This document shows, piece after piece, positions 36,719 to 45,866 of a DNA stretch of 64,000 nucleotides. The stretch is from an uncultured Eubacteriales bacterium (GTDB taxonomy: Bacteria > Bacillota > Clostridia > Oscillospirales > CAG-272), in contig CAKSDZ010000001.1 of assembly GCA_934446365.1 (NCBI GenBank), forward strand, positions 257,521 through 321,520, given 5' to 3'. The notes beneath the pieces are model-generated. The model searched no databases, had not been told where the DNA came from, and saw only the letters and a list, made by a program, of their open reading frames with translations. Position numbers and translations under genes: made by a program. How positions within the stretch are numbered: position 1 is the first letter of the stretch; the number at the start of each line of letters is the position of its first letter.

Positions 36719-36908
36719 AAAAAATCCCTCCGCAATGGTAATATAAGGAAATGAAAGAACAAAGATATTCCGCTCCATTATAACATTCCGTTCTGCATTT
36801 GACAACATGAAATCGCGGATTTAACAAAATTTTAAAGACATGAATAAGATTTTGTCGAAACGAAAACAATCAAAATGGAAATATTAAGATATTCTTAATC
36901 TTTTTAAC

Positions 36909-36937
36909 TTGAAAATTAAAATAAGATATGTTACAAT
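36909..36937 (+). promoter_or_regulatory. Sigma-A-type promoter of the GT2 gene
   Basis: TTGAAA (36909-36914), 17-nt spacer, TACAAT (36932-36937). Confidence 0.5.
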
Positions 36938-36971
36938 TTTATTAAGTCCAATCTGAAAGGAACCAATCCTT

Positions 36972-38336
36972 ATGTATGACGGTCTCATGATATTTTGCAA
37001 TATTCTCCTGTTTATCATCGGGTTATTATATGTTTACAGAAGCGTATACGCCGTTCTCGGCGTTTTTTATACGAGAAAATACGCTCCTGCAAAAAAGAAT
37101 CATAAATATGCCGTTATAGTCGCGGCGCGAAATGAAGAAGCAGTCATCGGCAATCTCATTGACAGCATCCAAAAGCAGGATTATCCCGCGGAGCTTGTAA
37201 CTGTTTTTGTTGTGGCCGACAACTGTACGGACGGCACGGCTTCCATGGCAAGAAAGCACGGCGCCGTCTGCTATGAGCGCTTCGATTCGGAGCACTGCAC
37301 AAAGGGCTATGCCTTGCAGTTCCTTTTTGAAAAAATCAGAGAGGATTATGGCATTGATTCTTTTGAGGGCTATTTTGTTTTCGATGCGGACAATCTTTTA
37401 AAACGGGACTTTATCCGCAAAATGAACGACGCTTTCGACAGCGGAGAGAAAATCGTCACCTCCTATCGGAATACCAAAAACTTCGACGACAACTGGATTT
37501 CGGCAGGCTATGCCTTGCACTTTCTCAGGACTGCACGGTTTGAGAACAGAGCGCGCTCGGCACTCCGCCTTTCCACTTGGGTGCAGGGCTGCGGCTTTTT
37601 GATGGCGAGTGAAATCGTCCGCGACGGCTGGAACTACACCACGCTTGCGGAGGACCGTTCGTTTTCCGCGGATTCTATCGTACAGGGGTTCAGCGTGGCC
37701 TATCAGCATGAGGCGGAGTTTTATGATGAACAGCCTACCTCCATGCGTGTGGTATGGCGTCAGCGCATTCGGTGGGCAAAAGGGCATCTGCAAGCTTTCG
37801 GTCAATCCGGCGCCGATTTGCTTCGCGGCATATTCGGAAAGAAATCCGCCCGTGAAAAATTCATGTGCTATGATATGTTCATGATCAATTTCCCGGGCAG
37901 CGTCGCCTTGATGCCATTGAAATTTTTAAAGCTTATTCTGCTTGTCTGCGCCTTTTTTCTGTACGGGATCGTGTCAATTGATTGGCCGCTTTTCCTTTTT
38001 AAAATCGTTCAGCTTCTGCTTTTTGAACATTTGGCCAATATTCCGGTCGCGTTCATCCTCTTCATTATGGAGCGAAAGCGCATCAAACCGATAAAATGGT
38101 ATAAGAAGCTGTTTTATTGCCTGACATTCCCCCTTTTCAGTATAATCGGAGATGCTGCGACTTATATTGCGGTATTCCGAAAGGTCAGCTGGAAGCCGAT
38201 TCCGCATAAGGCCGCCGTTAAGATCGAAGAGCTTGAATCGGCTCCGGACTTCAAAAGCCGGGCACCACAGGCCGCATATAAGGAAAAGCCGACGGCGAGG
38301 AATACCTTATATGCGCAGCACGGAGACAGTCCGTAA
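36972..38336 (+). CDS. Membrane-bound family 2 glycosyltransferase
   Basis: KYAVIVAARNEEAVIGNLIDSI...VADNCTDGT...FDADN (DxD)...QRIRWAKG (QxxRW-like), flanked by N- and C-terminal TM helices. Confidence 0.85.
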   Translation: MYDGLMIFCNILLFIIGLLYVYRSVYAVLGVFYTRKYAPAKKNHKYAVIVAARNEEAVIGNLIDSIQKQDYPAELVTVFVVADNCTDGTASMARKHGAVCYERFDSEHCTKGYALQFLFEKIREDYGIDSFEGYFVFDADNLLKRDFIRKMNDAFDSGEKIVTSYRNTKNFDDNWISAGYALHFLRTARFENRARSALRLSTWVQGCGFLMASEIVRDGWNYTTLAEDRSFSADSIVQGFSVAYQHEAEFYDEQPTSMRVVWRQRIRWAKGHLQAFGQSGADLLRGIFGKKSAREKFMCYDMFMINFPGSVALMPLKFLKLILLVCAFFLYGIVSIDWPLFLFKIVQLLLFEHLANIPVAFILFIMERKRIKPIKWYKKLFYCLTFPLFSIIGDAATYIAVFRKVSWKPIPHKAAVKIEELESAPDFKSRAPQAAYKEKPTARNTLYAQHGDSP

Positions 38337-38433
38337 CAACCACATTGACGGCATATTATCGACGCCGAAAGGCAAAGCATCGTCAGGCTTTTCGCAGCAC
38401 GAAGCGACAGCTCGGACATACAAAACGAACAGG

Positions 38434-38464
38434 AAAAATCCCCGCCGATGCGGGGATTTTTTCT
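38434..38464. terminator. Bidirectional intrinsic terminator
   Basis: AAAATCCCCGC-CGAT-GCGGGGATTTT between convergent genes. It abuts the sigma-factor stop codon. Confidence 0.85.
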
Positions 38465-41042
38465 ATTCTGTTTTCGGTTTCAGATTGCGCGCCGCTTCAT
38501 ATTCTTCTTCGCTTGCAAGATAGCAGAAATCCTGCTCGTATACGACGTAAAGATGCTCCGGCGTGCCGCCCGCAATACGGATATTCACGCGCGCCTGATA
38601 TTTTTCGCGCAGCGTGACCTCGTCGTAATGCCATTCCATGCCGTAATAAAGCGGCATATATTCGCCGGAGGTGGATACGCTGCGGTATTCCGACAGCTCG
38701 CAGACAGAGGAGAGCGTCTCGCCCCATGAGCATTCAAGCTTGACGATGCCGACGTCCGGTGCGAAATAGTAGGTTTTTTTGCCGCGTCCGACGTTTTGAT
38801 ATTTCGGCTGCCAATAGTATTCCCATTTTCCGTCTTGGTCGCCTTTCAGGATGGTGAGCACAAGACAGTTTCGGAACACGCCGGCGCGTGTGGCGACGGT
38901 ACCGCCGCGGTGTGCGGTGATCCGGATCTCCTCGCCGCGTCTGTCGGTGCGCGTTTCCGTAAATTCTTTCTCATTTGCTGCGGCATCTGCCCAGCGGGGA
39001 TCGAAGAGCGTGCCGCAAAGCTCCATGAGCCAGCGGAAGGGCTTCATGCCGAAAATTTTGTTGTCAATCGCGCGCCGTCCCAAAATGTAATACGGGGAAA
39101 GGTAGAAAACTTCCTCATGAACAGGTTTCCCGTCCTTGTAAAAAATTTCGTCCAAATGTACCGACGACGGCAGAAGGCGATAGCCGGCGCGCACATATCC
39201 CGCCTGTTTTCCGAGATGCTGCCATGCGGCCTCGGCGAGAATGGCGTCGCGTTCCCGTGTGGCAAGCTGCATCGCCCGACAGAACATGCGGCGCGCGGTC
39301 CCGACCTTTTCTGCGTCATAAGGCTCCCGGAATTTCAGCTCGCAGCAAAGCTCGTCTCCGCGCTCGATATAGGAGATGGCATCCGCATCCTCGTATTTTT
39401 CAATTTCCGTATCGACGGTGACGAACTGCGTGGCGATAATGCCGGCATAATCCCTGTCGCAGAAGGCGACCTCCCGTTCAATATCGCAGGAGACAAAAGA
39501 GCGAAGTGCCGGGTTGGTATAATGCCAGCGGTTGCCGACGGCGAGCGGAAGGAGCCCGCTCCCGCCTTTTATCTCATAATGGGTGAGCTCATAGGTTTCG
39601 TCGTATGCGGAGTTTTTGATGTGAATGCTGACAAGGCCCACATCCTCTTTGTAAATGATTTCCGATGTGAAAAGCCAAGGGGCGCTTTGTATATCGCAGA
39701 AATATTCGACGCAGTTCTCAAAAGTTCCGGCACCGGTTGTGACCGTCCGGCTGCGGCTGATACAGGTCAGAATATTACCGTCCTTATCCTTGGTGCTCTC
39801 ACCGACGGGAAGGGACATATCGTAAAAGAGATTTCCTACACGTGAAGCGAAATAGAATATGCTGTGAAAGTGCACTTTTGCGTCGCTTCCGTTGGAAAAG
39901 CCCGGTTGACTTACAAAATAGGCGTGCTCCGCATCAAAATGAACGGTTTCGCCGCAAGCGGTATAAAAACATTTTACCGTTTTATTTTGTTTGGTTTCCA
40001 TCCGCTTTCCGACGATGCGTTCAGCGGCAATGGCATTGGGATAATAAGAACTTTCATGATTCAGAAGCGACTTGGCACGTTCAAATTCCGCGAGCGCTTC
40101 TTCATATTTTTCTTTGTCGAAAAGCCGGCGTGCCGTCCAGAAGCGGATTTCGCCCTCGCCATCTTTTTCACCGAGCTTCTGTGCCTGCTCCAAGCCCTCC
40201 GCAAGGATTGCATCTATCGTTTCGCTGCTTTCTCCGCTTCGTATGGCGCTGAGATACCTTTCGATACAGTCGTCGATTTGCCACTTGGCGGGCGAATGCG
40301 CTTTGATGTAATCCTTATCCTCCTCCGTGATGCTACCGTTCCATGAGCGGAACATGAGCGCCGTGGCACGGGCCTCGCTTTTTTCCTTGGAATCGGGGAG
40401 GGAATCCACCTGTTTCATAACTTCTTTATATTTCCCGTCGAAATCGGGAGACGTGGTATACCGGCGCAGAGATTCCGCGAGCGACATGACGTTCCGGACG
40501 AAATCCGCGCCGACTTCTTTTTTCTGTTCCATTCCGAATACCTCTTTTCTTAATTTTCCGATAGCGAGGGAAAGGCGGCTTTTGACCGTTCCCTCGGGGA
40601 TGTTTAGAATTTTTGCCGTTTCGCCCGTGGAAAGTCCGTGCAGATACCGCAGACTGACGGTGACCCGCAGATGCTCCGGCAGGGAGACGAGTCCCTCTGT
40701 TAGCATTTGGATTTCCTCAGTGCGCAAGAGCTTATCTTCCGGCGAATCCGAACGGTCGGGAAGCTCCTCCGGCATTTCCTCCGGCGGAAGACGTCTTGAA
40801 GCGCGGCGCAGCTCGTTCCAAGAGCGGTGCTGTGCGATTTTGCAGAGCCATGCGCGAAGCTTGGCGGGCTCTGCGAGCGTGTCGAGGTTGCAATATGCGC
40901 ATAAAAATACCTCCTGCGCCATGTCCTGCGCATCGTGATGATTGCGCAGCGCTTTGAGACAAATGCCGTAAACGACGTTTTTGTAGGTTTCAACGATGAC
41001 TGCAAAGGCGCCGCGGTCTCCATCGAGCGCGCGTTTGACCAA
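38463..41042 (-). CDS. ECF-type sigma-70 family factor fused to a soluble C-terminal domain of about 690 aa
   Basis: Region 2 (DAQDMAQEVFLCAY...AWLCKIAQHR) and region 4 HTH (LSTGETAKILNIPEGTVKSRLSLAIGKLRKE) sit in the first ~170 aa. No TM helix. No ATG start: TTG at 41042, or CTG at 41057, which sits 8 nt after a GGTGA RBS. Confidence 0.8.
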   Translation of the reverse strand: MVKRALDGDRGAFAVIVETYKNVVYGICLKALRNHHDAQDMAQEVFLCAYCNLDTLAEPAKLRAWLCKIAQHRSWNELRRASRRLPPEEMPEELPDRSDSPEDKLLRTEEIQMLTEGLVSLPEHLRVTVSLRYLHGLSTGETAKILNIPEGTVKSRLSLAIGKLRKEVFGMEQKKEVGADFVRNVMSLAESLRRYTTSPDFDGKYKEVMKQVDSLPDSKEKSEARATALMFRSWNGSITEEDKDYIKAHSPAKWQIDDCIERYLSAIRSGESSETIDAILAEGLEQAQKLGEKDGEGEIRFWTARRLFDKEKYEEALAEFERAKSLLNHESSYYPNAIAAERIVGKRMETKQNKTVKCFYTACGETVHFDAEHAYFVSQPGFSNGSDAKVHFHSIFYFASRVGNLFYDMSLPVGESTKDKDGNILTCISRSRTVTTGAGTFENCVEYFCDIQSAPWLFTSEIIYKEDVGLVSIHIKNSAYDETYELTHYEIKGGSGLLPLAVGNRWHYTNPALRSFVSCDIEREVAFCDRDYAGIIATQFVTVDTEIEKYEDADAISYIERGDELCCELKFREPYDAEKVGTARRMFCRAMQLATRERDAILAEAAWQHLGKQAGYVRAGYRLLPSSVHLDEIFYKDGKPVHEEVFYLSPYYILGRRAIDNKIFGMKPFRWLMELCGTLFDPRWADAAANEKEFTETRTDRRGEEIRITAHRGGTVATRAGVFRNCLVLTILKGDQDGKWEYYWQPKYQNVGRGKKTYYFAPDVGIVKLECSWGETLSSVCELSEYRSVSTSGEYMPLYYGMEWHYDEVTLREKYQARVNIRIAGGTPEHLYVVYEQDFCYLASEEEYEAARNLKPKTE

Positions 41043-41103
41043 AAGCTCGTCGGTCAGGGTCTTTCACCGTCCTTTCGGATTGATTTTGTATCGATACGTC
41101 CAT

Positions 41104-41131
41104 TTAGACACATCCCATGAAAAAAGGTTCA
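41104..41131 (-). promoter_or_regulatory. Candidate ECF-type (autoregulatory) promoter
   Basis: Minus strand TGAACC, 16-nt spacer, GTCTAA. This resembles the AAC / CGTC-type -35/-10 pair of ECF promoters. Confidence 0.35.
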
Positions 41132-41186
41132 TAAAAATTTCAAGATTTTATTTTTATTTTATCATGAAAACCGTTATATGGCAATA

Positions 41187-41222
41187 TAAAACAGCCGATG
41201 ACATGTCATCGGCTATTTTATG
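41187..41222. terminator. Perfect palindromic hairpin / terminator
   Basis: AGCCGATGACATGTCATCGGCT with A/T-rich flanks. It separates the 73-aa ORF from the sigma gene. Confidence 0.75.
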
Positions 41223-41235
41223 AAATGAAGGTCTG

Positions 41236-41457
41236 TTATTTGGCTTTTTTGTATTTTTCGGCGCCGTCGAGCGCCGTCACGGGGACGTCGGCGATATCGC
41301 AGTAGGATTCGGCCTCTTCGTCCGTATAGGGAATTTTCTGCGTGATTCCCGTGCAATCCGTCGCCGATGCGACCGGATTTGACAGAAAAGCATCCTTGGA
41401 ATAATCCGCGGCGCTTTTGTAATACCGTTCTTTTCCGATTTTCTTTTTGATGGACAT
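41236..41457 (-). CDS. Hypothetical 73-aa protein
   Basis: GGAGG RBS. MSIKKKIGKERYYKSAADYSKDAF...; no recognisable family. Terminated by the palindromic hairpin. Confidence 0.5.
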   Translation of the reverse strand: MSIKKKIGKERYYKSAADYSKDAFLSNPVASATDCTGITQKIPYTDEEAESYCDIADVPVTALDGAEKYKKAK

Positions 41458-41533
41458 GAAAAACCTCCGCGATATGAATTCGGAATCTGTTTCTATTTTT
41501 TCTCAAACTGCGCTTTGATATACATGTATGATA

Positions 41534-41562
41534 TTGACAAAAGCGCATTGCTGCTGTAAAAT
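41534..41562 (+). promoter_or_regulatory. Sigma-A-type promoter of the lipoprotein cluster
   Basis: TTGACA (41534-41539), 17-nt spacer, TAAAAT (41557-41562). Confidence 0.55.
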
Positions 41563-41601
41563 ATGTTATGAAAAATATAAGGAAAGAGAAGTGAGAAGAT
41601 C

Positions 41602-41976
41602 ATGCGGAGAAAAGCGTTGGTTTTATGTCTTTTGCTGATATTCACATGCTTTTTGAGTTCCTGCGGCAAAGCGACCGGGGAAGAGAATCCCACGGTCATA
41701 AAATCCGATCTGACGCTCGAGGCTTTGCACGATATCCTCGCCGAAAAAGGTGACGCGATTCGTTTTTCCGATATTCCGGAGGAATATTTTTATGTCATTT
41801 CGTCGGCGCTTGTTCCGCAGCTGCGGTATCCCATAAGTGATGAAATCTCTTTTTACATCATGCAGCTGTCCGAAGACAAATTTTCTGTGATTCTGACGGT
41901 CCGGTCGGAGGACGCTGATATGGATTTCATCGGCGCCGAGGAGATTCTTGCTTATATTGAAAGCATTGCGGATTGA
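41602..41976 (+). CDS. Hypothetical lipoprotein (124 aa)
   Basis: Signal peptide with lipobox LSSCG. No known domain. Confidence 0.6.
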   Translation: MRRKALVLCLLLIFTCFLSSCGKATGEENPTVIKSDLTLEALHDILAEKGDAIRFSDIPEEYFYVISSALVPQLRYPISDEISFYIMQLSEDKFSVILTVRSEDADMDFIGAEEILAYIESIAD

Positions 41977-42045
41977 TCGGTTTCCTCTCGCCCTTATTTA
42001 TAAAATTAACATGTGCCGGCGGCGTTCTGGCAAGGAGGTATCAGT

Positions 42046-42705
42046 ATGAGAAAAATTTTATGTGTACTTTTGGCGGCAGCCCTTACGGCTGCTTTGATTT
42101 CCTGCGGCGATTCGTCAGCGCCGGAGATCACCACCGCGACCACCGGAAGCGGAGAACCCGTGGAATCCACTGCGGACAAGCCGGCCGATACGACGGCATC
42201 CGATACGGCGGAGCCGGAAGAATCGACAAAGGGAGAGGAAACGACGGCCGGACAGGAAGAAACGACGGCGGCATTCGATCCGGAAACCACGCCCCAAACC
42301 GAACCGGAGGAGACGACAAGAGGCGCCAATCCGGAGCCCAGCAAGGATAAGCCGGTTATCACGATTGTAAGCGGCGATCAAAGCGTGGCTTGTATGCTGG
42401 TAGAGCAGTCCGCAGGCATTGTGGGCGGATTTGATCTGACGGAGGATTACGGAGAGCTTCCCGTGCTTTCCGGGACAAGCTTTTCCTTGGCAGAACCGGA
42501 AAGAAGCGACATTTACTTTGCTTCTTATATGCTTTATGACAGCAATTTTGAATCTTATGGTACGGTTATGATGAACGATGACCTGCTGCTGGTGGATTCC
42601 GCTTTCGGCACAGGGAGATATTATATAAGAATTGCCGTCAATATCGGCTCGTGGTTTGATTATACGGATGCGTATTATGCGTATGCGGCACTGGACATTC
42701 AATAA
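42046..42705 (+). CDS. Hypothetical lipoprotein with Thr/Glu/Pro-rich linker
   Basis: AGGAGG RBS before the ATG at 42046. Lipobox LISCG, a low-complexity linker of about 90 aa, then a beta-rich domain of about 110 aa. Confidence 0.65.
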   Translation: MRKILCVLLAAALTAALISCGDSSAPEITTATTGSGEPVESTADKPADTTASDTAEPEESTKGEETTAGQEETTAAFDPETTPQTEPEETTRGANPEPSKDKPVITIVSGDQSVACMLVEQSAGIVGGFDLTEDYGELPVLSGTSFSLAEPERSDIYFASYMLYDSNFESYGTVMMNDDLLLVDSAFGTGRYYIRIAVNIGSWFDYTDAYYAYAALDIQ

Positions 42706-42783
42706 TTTTTGATTTTTGTGAGAAAATTTCCTGCTTTCTCCGACTAAGGAATAAAGACAGATTCACGGGAGGGAAATTTCTTT

Positions 42784-43827
42784 ATGAAAAAATTATTGGC
42801 AGCGATCCTTATGTGTGCGATGCTCTTTGCGGCGGCTTCCTGCGGCAGCAGAAAGGCGGATTTGGCGGATAACGGCGCCGATCCCACGGTTTTTTCGGAT
42901 CCGGTCGCCGGAGATGATTCGGAAACGGATAGGGAGATAGAGCCTGCGGGAACTGCCGAATCCACAGGAGCTTCGGCGGAGAGAATTTCGTCATTTCATG
43001 TTCGTGTGACCTCGTTAAGCGAAAATCAGGCCGACCCTTATCGCGAGCTGATTTACATGACCGACGGAGATTTTTGTGCCGACGGAAAGCTGATGTTTTA
43101 TGGTGTATCCGACATTTTGCCTGAAATCGCGGATTTGATACCGAGCGTATCTTTGGATTCCTCAACGCAGCTGGAGCTTTCAGCAGAGGAAAATGCGGAA
43201 ATCGGAAACAGCAAATATCAAGTATACGACAGCGACTATCAGTTTCTTTTGGAGGCGGGGAGCTTGCAGGAAATTTATGCACTGCGTAAATCCGTGCTGA
43301 AAGAAAAAGAGGTTTATATCTATTTTACCGTTACGCTGAAATATCAGTCGGGTGAGCGCTGCGAGGGCTGCTTTATCAAGACCGATTTTGATGCTTATGA
43401 TGTAAGAGATCTGGAAGGGAAATTTGACATCCATGTGGTTTCATCCGACGGGACATCGGTCGCGCCATATACCTCGATTGCTTATTTACACTCGACCCAT
43501 ATTGATTGCGCTCTTACAATGAGCATGTATCATTCCGTTCCGGAGCTGATTGAGAGGTATCAAGATGAGATTCCGACAGCGGTAATTGGGGAAAATTCAA
43601 CGATTATAACGAAATCCGATTCGACGGCAAGAATTTCTTCGCCTTCCGGACTCGATCTATATAATAAAAATTATGAAAAAATCGGACAGGCGGAAAACCT
43701 CGGAGAACTCTATGAGAAAGGCAACGAACTTGGTGAGGACGAGATCTATGCGGTATTTACGGTCAACATGAATGTCGGCAGCAAAGGCTCGCGTTCGGAT
43801 CTTTGCTTTGTCAAAATCATGTTTTGA
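42784..43827 (+). CDS. Hypothetical lipoprotein with two homologous modules
   Basis: GGGAGG RBS. Lipobox AASCG. Two modules of about 130 aa each end in a related motif (EVYIYFTVTLKYQSGERCEGCFIKTDF / EIYAVFTVNMNVGSKGSRSDLCFVKIMF). Confidence 0.65.
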   Translation: MKKLLAAILMCAMLFAAASCGSRKADLADNGADPTVFSDPVAGDDSETDREIEPAGTAESTGASAERISSFHVRVTSLSENQADPYRELIYMTDGDFCADGKLMFYGVSDILPEIADLIPSVSLDSSTQLELSAEENAEIGNSKYQVYDSDYQFLLEAGSLQEIYALRKSVLKEKEVYIYFTVTLKYQSGERCEGCFIKTDFDAYDVRDLEGKFDIHVVSSDGTSVAPYTSIAYLHSTHIDCALTMSMYHSVPELIERYQDEIPTAVIGENSTIITKSDSTARISSPSGLDLYNKNYEKIGQAENLGELYEKGNELGEDEIYAVFTVNMNVGSKGSRSDLCFVKIMF

Positions 43828-43854
43828 AGCATTTTCTGAAATAATTTTGGATTC

Positions 43855-43891
43855 ATATGCGGGAAATCATTGATTTCCCGCATGTTTTTAT
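43855..43891 (+). terminator. Intrinsic terminator of the lipoprotein cluster
   Basis: ATGCGGGAAATC-ATT-GATTTCCCGCAT followed by GTTTTTA. Confidence 0.8.
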
Positions 43892-44004
43892 GGCAAATTT
43901 GAAAAAATCCAAAAAAATATTAAAAAAATATTCCATTTTTAAGAAAGTAGTGCTATACTATACAAGTTAAGGATATGAATTTTAATATAAGCGAGGACAA
44001 AAGC

Positions 44005-45846
44005 TTGAAAAGAGAAGATTTGAGAAACGTCGCCATCATCGCACACGTCGACCACGGCAAAACGACACTTGTAGATGAAATGTTGAAGCAGGGCGGCATA
44101 TATAGGGAAAATCAGGCGACGGAAGAGCGTGTCATGGATTCCAATGCCATCGAAAGAGAACGCGGCATCACAATTCTCGCCAAAAACACCGCTGTACACT
44201 ATAACGGGGTCAAGATCAATATCGTCGATACGCCCGGACATGCCGATTTCGGCGGCGAGGTGGAGCGCATTCTGAAAATGGTCAACGGCGTTATTCTGCT
44301 CGTCGATGCGGCGGAGGGACCGATGCCGCAGACGCGCTTTGTCTTGAAGAAAGCGTTGGAGCTGAATCACCGTGTCATCGTCGTGGTCAACAAAATCGAC
44401 CGTCCCGACGCGCGTCTCGACGAGGTCGGAGACGAAGTGCTGGAACTGCTGCTCGAGCTCAATGCAACGGATGAGCAGCTCGACTCCCCGATGCTGTGGT
44501 GCTCCGGCAGGGCGGGAACGGCTTCATATTCGCCGTATGAGACGGGAACGGATTTACGCCCCTTGTTTGATACCATTCTGGATTATATTCCCGCTCCCGA
44601 GGGAGAGGTTGACGCGCCGTTGCAGCTTCTTGTTTCCTCTATCGATTACAACGATTATGTCGGCCGAATCGGAATCGGACGCATTGAAAGAGGTACGATA
44701 CGCCAGAATCAGGAAGTTATGATCTGCAACTTCCACGATAAGGATAAAGCGCCCAAGAAGACGAAAATCGTCAGCATCAGTCAAATCGACGGGCTTCGCC
44801 GCGTCCCGGTTACGGAAGCAAAAATGGGCGATATCATCTGCTTTTCCGGTGCGGAGGATATTTCCATCGGAGATACGATCACCTCGACCGATTGCGTCGA
44901 GCCGCTTGAATTTGTCAAGGTCAGCGAGCCGACCATGGAGATGACGTTCTCCGTCAACGACAGTCCGTTTGCGGGCAAGGAAGGAAAGTTTGTGACCTCC
45001 CGTCAGCTTCGCGAGCGTCTTTACAAGGAGCTTTTGAAGGACGTTTCTCTCCGCGTTTCCGACGGAGAAACGACGGATTGCTTCAAGGTGGCAGGACGCG
45101 GGGAAATGCATCTTTCCATTCTGATTGAAAATATGCGCCGCGAGGGCTATGAGCTTTGCGTCAGCACGCCCCGCGTATTATATAAGGAAATCGACGGCAA
45201 GCTCTGCGAGCCTGTCGAGCGCGTGGATATCGATGTGCCGAACGAATACTGCGGCCCTGTGATGGAAAAGCTCGGCGCAAGAAAAGGCGAGCTTGTCAAC
45301 ATGAATCCATCCTCGCACGGAACCCGCACAAGAATCGAATATCTGATTCCTACAAGATGTCTGTTCGGATATCGGAGCGAATTTCTGACGGATACCCGCG
45401 GCGAGGGTATCATCAATTCGGTTTTTGATTCCTATGCGCCCTATAAAGGGGAAATCACGCGCCGTTTTACCGGTTCTCTTGTCGCCTCCGAGGCCGGCGA
45501 ATCGACATCCTACGGTGTGTTCAACGCGCAGGATAGGGGCATTATGTTTATCAGCAATCAATGTCCCGTTTATGAGGGTATGATTGTCGGAGAAAACCCG
45601 AAGCAGGGAGATATCGCGGTCAATGTCTGCAAGGAAAAGCATCTCACGGCTGTCCGCTCCAAGGGCGCGGACGAGGCGCTGCGACTGGTGCCCGCCAAGA
45701 TTATGAGCCTTGAGGAAGCGATTGAATTTATCGCGGACGACGAGTTGATCGAGGTTACGCCGAAATCCATCCGGCTGCGCAAGAGAATCCTTTCCAACGA
45801 TATGCGCTATAAGCTTGCCGGAAAGCTCAAAAAAGAAGGGAAATGA
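44005..45846 (+). CDS. typA: Translational GTPase TypA/BipA
   Basis: [30 protein letters not shown] and NKIDR GTPase motifs. TTG at 44005 (GAGGA RBS 7 nt upstream) gives the usual N-terminal length. The ORF-track ATG at 43975 has a poorly spaced RBS but cannot be excluded. Confidence 0.9.
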   Translation: MKREDLRNVAIIAHVDHGKTTLVDEMLKQGGIYRENQATEERVMDSNAIERERGITILAKNTAVHYNGVKINIVDTPGHADFGGEVERILKMVNGVILLVDAAEGPMPQTRFVLKKALELNHRVIVVVNKIDRPDARLDEVGDEVLELLLELNATDEQLDSPMLWCSGRAGTASYSPYETGTDLRPLFDTILDYIPAPEGEVDAPLQLLVSSIDYNDYVGRIGIGRIERGTIRQNQEVMICNFHDKDKAPKKTKIVSISQIDGLRRVPVTEAKMGDIICFSGAEDISIGDTITSTDCVEPLEFVKVSEPTMEMTFSVNDSPFAGKEGKFVTSRQLRERLYKELLKDVSLRVSDGETTDCFKVAGRGEMHLSILIENMRREGYELCVSTPRVLYKEIDGKLCEPVERVDIDVPNEYCGPVMEKLGARKGELVNMNPSSHGTRTRIEYLIPTRCLFGYRSEFLTDTRGEGIINSVFDSYAPYKGEITRRFTGSLVASEAGESTSYGVFNAQDRGIMFISNQCPVYEGMIVGENPKQGDIAVNVCKEKHLTAVRSKGADEALRLVPAKIMSLEEAIEFIADDELIEVTPKSIRLRKRILSNDMRYKLAGKLKKEGK

Positions 45847-45866
45847 CCTCGGAACCGGAGGATAGT

